Assembly (NCBI GenBank): GCA_964513775.1
Contig: CAZEOI010000006.1
Coordinates: 2,175-66,174, forward strand
Length of the DNA: 64,000 nucleotides
Direction: 5' to 3'
Source of the DNA: an uncultured Sangeribacter sp.
GTDB taxonomy: Bacteria > Bacteroidota > Bacteroidia > Bacteroidales > Muribaculaceae
Position numbers and translations under genes: made by a program. Every line of letters begins with the position of its first letter. Within the stretch, counting starts at the first letter, position 1. A model generated the notes under the pieces. It searched no databases. It saw only the letters and a program-made list of their open reading frames with translations, and had not been told where the DNA came from. Shown here in pieces: positions 39,186 to 47,427 of the stretch.

Positions 39186-41294
39186 ATGCAACTTAACAAA
39201 CGCCAGCAACAGGCTGTGGAGGCCACTGAGGGGCGTGTGCGTGTCGTGGCCGGAGCCGGTTCGGGAAAGACCCGTGTGCTCGCCCACAGATACGCTTTTA
39301 TTGTAAACGAGATCGGCATTAGTCCCGGCAATATCCTCTGTCTTACCTTCACTAATAAGGCCGCCCAGGAGATGAAGAAGCGTATCTCCACGATGGTCGA
39401 CCGTGGCAGTGTCAACGATTTCATATGCACTATACATAGCTTCTGTGCCAAATTTCTCCGCAAGGAGATTTATCGCATTGGCTATCCACGCAACTTCTTG
39501 ATCATTGATGAGGAGGATGGCAAGACTCTTGCACGCCAGGCTATGCAGGAATTTGGTATCGACCGCCGTAAGACCACTGCGGAGCGCTTCCTGAAGCAGG
39601 TGGCTGCCTACAAGGGGTATGCTCCCACTCAATATATCCAGAATCATCTGTTGCCTTGTGCCTCATCTCATGCCTCCGACGCCACTATACGCTATCTCCG
39701 TCTCCAGCTTAAACAATATGCCTTAGACTACGACGATCTTCTTTATTTCACACTCTATATTCTCGCCCATTTTCCCGATGCCCGCAAGGAATGGACAGAG
39801 AAGCTTAACTATGTGATGGTAGATGAGGTGCAGGATTGCACCGGCGACGACTGGAAGCTGCTTCATGCCATAACCGAACATCACGGCAATCTATTTGTGG
39901 TGGGAGATCCCGATCAGGCCATTTATGAATGGCGGGGAGCCAACCCGAAGATATTCGTCGATTTCAAGGCCCACACAGATGTTATTCTGAATGAGAACTA
40001 TCGTTCTACCCCCGACATTCTCGATGTGGCCAACCATATAATCGACCATAACAAAAACCGTGTGAAGAAGGATCTCTTCACAGTCAAGCTCAACGAACGT
40101 CAGGTGGTGCATCTCCATTCCAAATCGGAGAAGGATGAGGCTGAGGCTATCGCTGCCCGCATCGAGGAGGGAGTGAAGGAGGGGATGACTCATTCTCAGT
40201 TTGCTATTCTCTATCGTAGTTCATTCCTCTCGCGTCATCTTGAGCAGGCCCTTCTGAAGCGTCACATTCCTTATAGTGTGTGGGGAGGAGTAAGATTCTT
40301 CGAGCGTAAGGAGATAAAGGATGTGATAAGCTATCTGCGCCTTGTGGCCTCTGATGCCGATGATATGTCGTTTACCCGTGTTGTGAACCTTCCGGCACGC
40401 AAATTCGGTGAGGTCTCTATGAAGTCACTCTCGAAGATAGCTGAAGAGGAGGGCGTTTCGCTCATGGAGGCTCTTCGCCGTCATATTGATGAGAAGCCAT
40501 TCAACAAGCCTGCCATGTATAAATTCCTTCAGCTCATTGACGAGGCCCGCTCACGTGTGCCGGTGATGGCTGTATCGGAAATAACCGATTGGCTGATGAA
40601 TGTATCCGGTCTTTCAGATCTCTACCGCACAGATGAGGAGGAGGAGCGTCTTGAGAATATCACGGAACTTATCAATTCCATGAAGGAATTCGAGGCTGGA
40701 CGCATAGATGAGGGTGATGCCGATCTTGTATCCTATCTTCAGGAGATAGCCTTATACACCAACGTCGATCGTTCCAATGATTCGGAGAGGGTAAGGATGA
40801 TGACGATTCATCAGTCTAAGGGTCTGGAATTTCCCGAGGTATTCGTGGTAGGTCTTACAGAGGGGATCTTCCCAAATCACCGCTCCATCCGTGAGCGTCG
40901 TCAGGATGGCGAGGAGGAGGAGCGTCGGTTGATGTATGTGGCCGTCACCCGCGCTGAGAAGATGTTATGGCTTTGCGAATCGGAAGGCTATATGAACGAG
41001 AACGGAGCGTTGAAATTCCCGTCGAGATTTCTTTCGGAGGTACCTGAAGGAATGTTGAAGATAGAGGGAAAACTCGATCCGATGCTATTGGAAGGCACCA
41101 AAGGACTTGTGAAGATGCTCAACGAGGAGTTGGGAGAAGGAGCGGAGGCTCCGATGACCAATGGCACCCGGGTTCGCCACAAAATATTCGGTGAAGGCAT
41201 AATAGAGGGATATGACCCGATGACAAAAAGCTACAAGGTACGCTTTGGCGAGGTCACCCGCAACCTCATGCCCCACGTCCTCAACCGCGAATAA
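39186..41294 (+). CDS. UvrD/PcrA/Rep family ATP-dependent DNA helicase
   Basis: AGAGSGKT, TFTNKAA, VDEVQD, GDPDQAIY, NYRST, TIHQSKGLEF, YVAVTRA. Confidence 0.96.
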   Translation: MQLNKRQQQAVEATEGRVRVVAGAGSGKTRVLAHRYAFIVNEIGISPGNILCLTFTNKAAQEMKKRISTMVDRGSVNDFICTIHSFCAKFLRKEIYRIGYPRNFLIIDEEDGKTLARQAMQEFGIDRRKTTAERFLKQVAAYKGYAPTQYIQNHLLPCASSHASDATIRYLRLQLKQYALDYDDLLYFTLYILAHFPDARKEWTEKLNYVMVDEVQDCTGDDWKLLHAITEHHGNLFVVGDPDQAIYEWRGANPKIFVDFKAHTDVILNENYRSTPDILDVANHIIDHNKNRVKKDLFTVKLNERQVVHLHSKSEKDEAEAIAARIEEGVKEGMTHSQFAILYRSSFLSRHLEQALLKRHIPYSVWGGVRFFERKEIKDVISYLRLVASDADDMSFTRVVNLPARKFGEVSMKSLSKIAEEEGVSLMEALRRHIDEKPFNKPAMYKFLQLIDEARSRVPVMAVSEITDWLMNVSGLSDLYRTDEEEERLENITELINSMKEFEAGRIDEGDADLVSYLQEIALYTNVDRSNDSERVRMMTIHQSKGLEFPEVFVVGLTEGIFPNHRSIRERRQDGEEEERRLMYVAVTRAEKMLWLCESEGYMNENGALKFPSRFLSEVPEGMLKIEGKLDPMLLEGTKGLVKMLNEELGEGAEAPMTNGTRVRHKIFGEGIIEGYDPMTKSYKVRFGEVTRNLMPHVLNRE

Positions 41295-41318
41295 AAATAA
41301 AAATCGCATAACCTGCTG

Positions 41319-41368
41319 TAAAACATATCCAAAAATTTGGATATGTTTTATTTTTGTACGTATCTTTG
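41319..41368 (+). promoter_or_regulatory. 15-bp inverted repeat overlapping a Bacteroidetes -33/-7 promoter
   Basis: TAAAACATATCCAAA-AA-TTTGGATATGTTTTA; TTTG at 41336 and TATCTTTG at 41361. Confidence 0.55.
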
Positions 41369-41390
41369 GCCACACCTAATAATCCTGCCT

Positions 41391-41615
41391 ATGCGAACTC
41401 TCCCCCCTCTTACTTTAATCTTGCTCTCCGGAGCCTTAAGCAGCCATATTCACGATAGGCTTTCCCTCAATTGGGAAATCCAACCACTCTCGATTGACAC
41501 CGTGAGGCCGTACCTTTTGTGGGATTTCCGCGGCTCAGAGAAAACTGAGGATTCTCTCGGTGCCCGTTACATCCTCTATGGAGACTCTATTAATGGGAAT
41601 AATGAAGTTGTATAA
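41391..41615 (+). pseudogene. 5' fragment of a secreted protein gene truncated by a MITE
   Basis: MRTLPPLTLILLSGALSS signal-like start after a promoter; the stop codon lies inside the element starting at 41604. Confidence 0.5.
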
Positions 41616-41808
41616 ACTTTTTCTTTGTCTGGATTTAGACAGCTTTCGGAGGTGATTTTTTAGCTCGAAGAGGAAGTTTAGCGGGCTAAACGACCGATGA
41701 GAGATGAAAAATCACCTCCGAAAGATGGCTGAAGACGGGCAAAGAGGACTCCATATTCAAGAAATACATATAATAATCAACAAGCCCGTAAAAAGTTTAA
41801 ACAACTTC
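41604..41808. mobile_element. MITE-like element, family B, copy 1
   Basis: TIR GAAGTTGTATAAACTTTT / AAAAGTTTAAACAACTTC, flanked by AAT on both sides; homologous to 45961-46164. Confidence 0.85.
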
Positions 41809-41840
41809 AATATCAAGAAGTATAACGGATCTTTTAAGAC

Positions 41841-42221
41841 ATGGAAAATCGAAGATTAAGTAACAAAGGATTATGGATTAAGAAATCTATGGCTTTGATT
41901 TATCTAATAAGTGCATATTCATTACTTACCTTGTGCTATTCATACGCTATGAGTAACATAACTATAGTGACGTATAGATTAAGTCCCTTTATATACGGAG
42001 GTATCGGTTATTTGATTTTTATTAGTATAAATCGATTGTTCTTGAGAAATGTAGTATCCTCCAAACTAATAAGGGTTTTTGATATTGTTACTTTTCTGAT
42101 GTTGTTCTGTACGACTCTTACCGGGCTTAAGCTGGTAGATAGTTTCATCCATACAGCTTATAATGTAATTTTTGATATGATAGAGATTCTTGCTAGGTTT
42201 ATAATTTTTATTGGATTATGA
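41841..42221 (+). CDS. Small AT-rich membrane protein (paralog A)
   Basis: About 3-4 hydrophobic segments; aligns with 42218-42568. Confidence 0.65.
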   Translation: MENRRLSNKGLWIKKSMALIYLISAYSLLTLCYSYAMSNITIVTYRLSPFIYGGIGYLIFISINRLFLRNVVSSKLIRVFDIVTFLMLFCTTLTGLKLVDSFIHTAYNVIFDMIEILARFIIFIGL

Positions 42222-42568
42222 AATACGATACTATTTATTTGAAACGAATCCTTACGCTATGGAAATACCGTGCATTGCGAAATAAATGTTTAGGAATTAA
42301 GAAAATGATATCCATGCTACATCTTTATGGAATGTTTGCTCTCCTGACTATGATTTATTCGGCTGTTTCATTTTTAAGGAATGAATCCAGTGATTATATG
42401 TGTTATCTCTTTATTGGATTAGGAGTATTAATTATTTATCTCGTTTTTATAGGATTGAATCATATTATCCTATCGAGATGGATAGCCCATAAGATACTAC
42501 TGACTTTTGAGGTTCTTACTTTACTGATGTTTGTCTGTGTAACATTAAGTATATTTGTTTTACAATAG
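42218..42568 (+). CDS. Small AT-rich membrane protein (paralog B)
   Basis: ATGA overlap with the previous ORF; about 3 TM segments. Confidence 0.65.
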   Translation: MKYDTIYLKRILTLWKYRALRNKCLGIKKMISMLHLYGMFALLTMIYSAVSFLRNESSDYMCYLFIGLGVLIIYLVFIGLNHIILSRWIAHKILLTFEVLTLLMFVCVTLSIFVLQ

Positions 42569-42858
42569 TTTGTTAAGACATTTCAATAGAATACAATGAT
42601 TTGGACTGTTGGATGTAAGGAAAACTGCGGAAATCATCATAATCCGTTTTTCAACTGATTTATCTGAGTGCAGACTCGGTTAATGTGATCCAAGTCAAAC
42701 AGCAATGAGTTACTGTCAATATCAATCCAAGAAAAGAGGGTCTTTATCTTCGTGTAGATGTTGAACACATACGATGTGTCAAAAGTGCGGTGCCTTCCAA
42801 GGGGTCGGTGCCTATATCCGAAGCGCCATCGAAGAATTTTCTAATGTCAGTGTAAAGT

Positions 42859-42898
42859 AATAGTGCCTATTACATAGAACATATAAATAGGCACTATT
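42859..42898. terminator. Terminator hairpin
   Basis: AATAGTGCCTATT...AATAGGCACTATT followed by T-tract. Confidence 0.65.
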
Positions 42899-42972
42899 TT
42901 GTCGTTCAAGTCGGCTATGTACAATCTGGTCTGTATATGATAATTCAACAAAAATTCAGTTATTGATTCGCA

Positions 42973-44226
42973 TTAAAGATCCAACGAATTTTCGTTTAAA
43001 AGAAAGTCATATATACCGATAGTGGTAATCCCTGCCTCGTTTCTCAAAATGGGTGTGTCCTCACCGACGATAATGATTTTCTTGAAGGAATCATCAATAT
43101 TGCGCAATGAAGCTTCTTCCTGTTTCATCTTCTCTTCATCCGGCATTCGGTAGGCGGATTGGATATAGTAGCGCCTGCTGCCCATATTGCAGACGAAATC
43201 CACCTCAAACTGTTTCCTTTCCCGGCTGCCATCCTCCTTTCTAAGGTGAACCGGCACGACTCCTACATCCACATTAAAGCCCCGAAGCCGCAATTCATTG
43301 TATATCACATTCTCCATCAGATGAGAAGGCTCTGTCTGCCTGAAATTAAGTAGGGCATTACGCAGACCGCAGTCAGTGAAATAATATTTGTATGGACTGT
43401 CGATATACCGTTTCCCTTTAACATCATACCTGCTTGCTTTCTCAACAAGGAATGAATCACAGATGTATTCCAGATACGATGTCAGCGTCATGCGGTTGAC
43501 CTTCTTGTGCTTTACACTCTCGAATGTGTTGGTCAGTTTGGTGGGATTCGTCAATGCGCCGATGTCAGATGCCAGAATGTTGAGTAGTTCATCAAGCATC
43601 TCTGTGTCCTTTATGCCGTAACGCTCCTTTATATCCTTGATATAGGTATGGATAAACAGCCCTTTAAGATACTCGTTCTTTTCTTCCTCAGATGATTTCT
43701 GAACAACCTGCGGCAGACCTCCGAAAAGCATATAGGTAGTTAATGCACGGTCTTTCTGTAAGTCCATATAAGGGAAGACTTCACCGAAACTGAGGGGGTA
43801 AAGTTTTATTTCATCGCCTCGTCCTCTAAATGTTGTGATTACATCCTTTGAAAGAAACCGTGCGTTACTGCCCGTTACATACACGTCGGCATTAGGCGTA
43901 TTCAGATAGCTGTTCAATACGTCTTCAAACTCGTTGACATACTGTATCTCATCAATCATTATATAATGGACAGCATCATCAGTCAGTTTTGAGTCTATGT
44001 AATCAAGCAGCGCATCCGGATCGCGCAGTTTCTTGTTTCGTCGGTCTTCAAGATTGATCGTGATGATGTGGTCGTTTTCTACACCTTGCTCCCTGAGCCA
44101 GTTGGCGTAAAGTGTAGATAATAGAAATGATTTGCCACATCGTCTAATGCCGGTGACAATCTTTATCATTCCATTATGTCGACGAGAAATAAGCTTCTGT
44201 AGGTATCGAGGTCTCGGTATAATCAT
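42973..44226 (-). CDS. AAA_14 ATPase with DUF4143 domain
   Basis: GIRRCGKS Walker A, IDEIQ Walker B, VTGSN, KYYFTDCGLRN, EVDFV..YYIQ. Confidence 0.92.
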   Translation of the reverse strand: MIIPRPRYLQKLISRRHNGMIKIVTGIRRCGKSFLLSTLYANWLREQGVENDHIITINLEDRRNKKLRDPDALLDYIDSKLTDDAVHYIMIDEIQYVNEFEDVLNSYLNTPNADVYVTGSNARFLSKDVITTFRGRGDEIKLYPLSFGEVFPYMDLQKDRALTTYMLFGGLPQVVQKSSEEEKNEYLKGLFIHTYIKDIKERYGIKDTEMLDELLNILASDIGALTNPTKLTNTFESVKHKKVNRMTLTSYLEYICDSFLVEKASRYDVKGKRYIDSPYKYYFTDCGLRNALLNFRQTEPSHLMENVIYNELRLRGFNVDVGVVPVHLRKEDGSRERKQFEVDFVCNMGSRRYYIQSAYRMPDEEKMKQEEASLRNIDDSFKKIIIVGEDTPILRNEAGITTIGIYDFLLNENSLDL

Positions 44227-44647
44227 AATTTCTATTGTCAAATATTGTACCTTGTCACACTAATTGACAATGTAAAGATAGTGTAAATTTGTTTAACTCA
44301 CAAGTAAACTGCGAGAAAAGTCGAAAAGTTTATATTGCAAGGATAGGTTGACTATCCCTGAAAAGTGTGGTTCTTTCCTAATTTAGTTGATTATTGCGTA
44401 GCAAATGGCATTTTTATCGAAGCTACAAGAAACTCAACAAGGAATAACTAAAATAAACTTCAGAATTATTTGCTCCTATGTTAATTGCGAGATAAAGTAA
44501 CTGTATAGTATTTTCAACTAAATTTGGATAGAACCATTTTTTTTTCAGCTCAAGTCACTGATATTATTACTGAAAAGCCGAGGCGGAGATCGCCGTAGAA
44601 TGTAGTAGACAGATGATCATGATTTTCGTAGCTAATTAATATATAGA

Positions 44648-44701
44648 AGTCAAATAACGGTGGATTTTCCATAGCTATGGAAAATCCACCGTTATTTGAC
44701 T
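44648..44701. repeat. Perfect 54-bp palindrome (probably terminates the lactonase gene)
   Basis: AGTCAAATAACGGTGGATTTTCCATAG|CTATGGAAAATCCACCGTTATTTGACT. Confidence 0.9.
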
Positions 44702-44715
44702 GTGAGTGGGGAGTA

Positions 44716-45804
44716 TTAATTTGCGGCTACTGCCTCAGGATCGTTGAAGACTATGCAGACCGGCTGCGGACACGAGATGCTGTAGCCGGTGGGCGTGAGA
44801 TTGCCGCTCTTCTCATCACACTTAAATACCTCTATGCGGTTGTCGTCTTTGCAAGCTACAAGCAGCCATTTGCCATCAGGGGTGATGTTGAAATTACGCG
44901 GATGTTTTCCTGTCGATACATAGCTCATAGGCACAAGCTCCCAGCCATTGGAGGTGTCGATCTTAAACTGCGCGATGCCGTCACCGTTAAGACGATTGGA
45001 GGCATACACCCAACGTCCGCAAGGGGAGATGTGAATGTCGGCACCACCACCTACATGACCTGAATTCGATTCATAGGCATTCACTGAATTCATCGTGTCG
45101 TGATATGTGCTGTAACGGAAATGCGATATGTTGCCGGTGAGCTCGTTGATCATATAGCCATTCTCACATTTAGCATCGAATACTATATGGCGCGGTCCGA
45201 AGCCGGGACTAACCGACACGTCAAGCACTCCGGAGAGATCCACATCTCCATCGTAATCGAGTGGAAACTGGTGGATACGGTCGGTGCCAAGATCGGTGAC
45301 AACCATAAACTTGCCGTCGGGAGTGAAAGTGGTGCAATGGGGATGTGGCATGGACTGACGGATGGAGTCGACGCTTTGTCCGCTGAATTTCACTACTCTC
45401 GGTTTTTCGAGGAGTTTATCTGCCCCTTTGAACTTGAACACGGATATCGAGCCACTTCCATAGTTGGCAGTCACCACATATTCTCCATTGGGAGCTACAG
45501 CTACGTGACACGGATTTTTGCCGATCACCATCTGACGGCTTACCGGCACATAATGTCCGTCGGCTCCATCTTTACGTAGCATGGTGAGTTCTGAATCGCC
45601 ATAAGAGTCGTTTTCATTCACTGCAAATACAGTCTCTCCCTTATCTGCTACGGCAAGAAAAGAGGGATTGCTGAGACCGGCGATTGAATCAATAGGCACA
45701 ATGGTGCCGGATTCAGTGTTGAATGTATATGTGCGGAAATTTGTTTCATCAGGGGTGCCGTATGAGCCTACAAGCATAATCAGACCCGTTGCGATTGATA
45801 ACAT
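44716..45804 (-). CDS. Lactonase family protein (6-phosphogluconolactonase-like beta-propeller)
   Basis: NPSFL, PCHV, ANYGSG, PHPH, DLGTD, GPRH, YASNR, HPRNF. Confidence 0.92.
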   Translation of the reverse strand: MLSIATGLIMLVGSYGTPDETNFRTYTFNTESGTIVPIDSIAGLSNPSFLAVADKGETVFAVNENDSYGDSELTMLRKDGADGHYVPVSRQMVIGKNPCHVAVAPNGEYVVTANYGSGSISVFKFKGADKLLEKPRVVKFSGQSVDSIRQSMPHPHCTTFTPDGKFMVVTDLGTDRIHQFPLDYDGDVDLSGVLDVSVSPGFGPRHIVFDAKCENGYMINELTGNISHFRYSTYHDTMNSVNAYESNSGHVGGGADIHISPCGRWVYASNRLNGDGIAQFKIDTSNGWELVPMSYVSTGKHPRNFNITPDGKWLLVACKDDNRIEVFKCDEKSGNLTPTGYSISCPQPVCIVFNDPEAVAAN

Positions 45805-45960
45805 CTTATTGAATTAGTTTGTTGGTGGTTAGGTTGGATTGAAAAGATATAGAGGAGCAGGCGCTTTCATTGAGATTGAAAAAACAAGGTTGGGTCGCTC
45901 CTTTATGAAAATTATTTGCAAAATTACTATTATTTATTCTAATTTACAAATGTTAATTTA

Positions 45961-46164
45961 GAAGTTGTCTCAACTTTTTCTTTGTCAGGATTTAGCCGGA
46001 TTTCGGAGGTGATTTTTCAGCTCAAAGAGGAAGTTTAGCGGGCTAAACGACCGATGAGAGATGAAAAAGCAACCCGAAAGATGGCTGAAGACGGGCAAAG
46101 AGGACTCCTTTTTAAAGAAATCTTTATAAAAATCAACAAGCCCGTAAAAAGTTTAAACAACTTC
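45961..46164. mobile_element. MITE-like element, family B, copy 2, followed by an extra left-end fragment at 46169-46186
   Basis: GAAGTTGTCTCAACTTTT ... AAAAGTTTAAACAACTTC flanked by TTA on both sides; then GAAGTTGCCTCAACTTTT. Confidence 0.85.
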
Positions 46165-46189
46165 TTAAGAAGTTGCCTCAACTTTTCCT

Positions 46190-46768
46190 CTACCGGATAT
46201 GGATGGTAAGAAGGATCTCTTCACCTTTTCTCACGACGACAGTATCACCGATATTTATCCCTATTGGCTCCGACACCACCGGCAGCAGATAATCTCCCAT
46301 CTTTATGGTATTGGTGGCGCTTACGGCTTCAAGCATAGGGCCGAGATCATTTTTTAAGAGATCGGTGGCTACTCTTCTCTCCTCTCTTATCCCACCTTCT
46401 GAATCACACACCTCCATTACAATCGGGTCAGACGTAAGAAATTCACCTGCTTCGATAAAGTTGCCTACGGTAAGGGAGCGGTCGAAACTATAGGAGGCAT
46501 CTGCCGGAACGCCTGCTTCAAGCAGTGATCTCCGTAGCTTCGGGGCACGGAAATGCACTCCGGGTGCAATCTCCGAATAGTAGCGTTCGGCAAATCTCGC
46601 GCCTATCGACTTCCCGATTCTTCCTATTCTCACCACTGGGGCGAGCACAGCTTCAAATTCATCGGCAAACTCCGGGATGAAGAATGGTTTACCACTGTTC
46701 ACAAGTGCCGAGTCGGGAAGAAAATACCAGGAGAGAGGTTCTGACGATGCTTTTATTATAGTTTTCAT
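46190..46768 (-). CDS. Fumarylacetoacetate hydrolase family-like protein (degenerate)
   Basis: PDSAL..GKPFFIP, VVRIGRIGKSI..RFA.RYY, FD.S, TIKMGD; coupled to rex. Confidence 0.75.
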   Translation of the reverse strand: MKTIIKASSEPLSWYFLPDSALVNSGKPFFIPEFADEFEAVLAPVVRIGRIGKSIGARFAERYYSEIAPGVHFRAPKLRRSLLEAGVPADASYSFDRSLTVGNFIEAGEFLTSDPIVMEVCDSEGGIREERRVATDLLKNDLGPMLEAVSATNTIKMGDYLLPVVSEPIGINIGDTVVVRKGEEILLTIHIR

Positions 46769-47397
46769 AATGGTGCGTTGAGTCGATTGTAGATCAAGGC
46801 CAGATGTGCGTAGATCGAGGTATTGGCCATCACGATCCCCTCAGCCACTTTCACGCGGTAGGGGGTGAAATTCCAGATTGCACGTATTCCCTCGCCGATT
46901 GCTATGTCTGCGGTCTCCTGAGCACATTGCGCCGGCACTGTGAGGATCCCGATTGTGGCGGGAGTGGTTGCCATCACATCTGCAAGCTTGTCGATATGAT
47001 GAATCTCTACATCACCTATCTTCCGGCCGGTTTTCCGCTCGTCGATATCGAATCCGGCCGCGATCTCAAGGCCATAGATCGATAGTCCGGAATCCTGAAT
47101 CAATGCTTTGCCAAGGCTTCCCACTCCGAACACGTAGGCCCTGTGGCTCGTGGTAAACCCGAGAAATTCCGAAAGTGTCTCCACCAATGCTTCCACTTCG
47201 TAACCTATCCTCGTCTTCCCTTTCAGTGTGAGAAAGGAGAGGTCTTTGGCAATTTGGGAGGCATCTACATTGAGAGCCCTTGAGATCTGGGTAGATGATA
47301 CAAACTCTACGCCGCGTGCCTTGAGAATCTCCACATAGGCGAGATACCAGGGCAGACGGCGGAGTGTAGGTTCCGGTAGAATAATATGGTTGATCAT
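46765..47397 (-). CDS. rex: Redox-sensing transcriptional repressor Rex
   Basis: PEPTLRRLPWY, QIAKDLS, GKTRIGY, GVGSLG, IWNFTP. Confidence 0.96.
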   Translation of the reverse strand: MINHIILPEPTLRRLPWYLAYVEILKARGVEFVSSTQISRALNVDASQIAKDLSFLTLKGKTRIGYEVEALVETLSEFLGFTTSHRAYVFGVGSLGKALIQDSGLSIYGLEIAAGFDIDERKTGRKIGDVEIHHIDKLADVMATTPATIGILTVPAQCAQETADIAIGEGIRAIWNFTPYRVKVAEGIVMANTSIYAHLALIYNRLNAPL

Positions 47398-47427
47398 TTG
47401 CGAGTAGTTACTTTGTGGAGAGAGTGA

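Noticed and set aside
42590..42860. Possible gene remnant (MCQKCGAFQG... short frame)
   Set aside because: Too short and interrupted to assign without a database search.
39186..44226. UvrD helicase plus AAA-DUF4143 as an anti-phage system
   Set aside because: The genes are on opposite strands and not adjacent, the helicase follows housekeeping ispF, and stand-alone AAA-DUF4143 genes are common in Bacteroidales.
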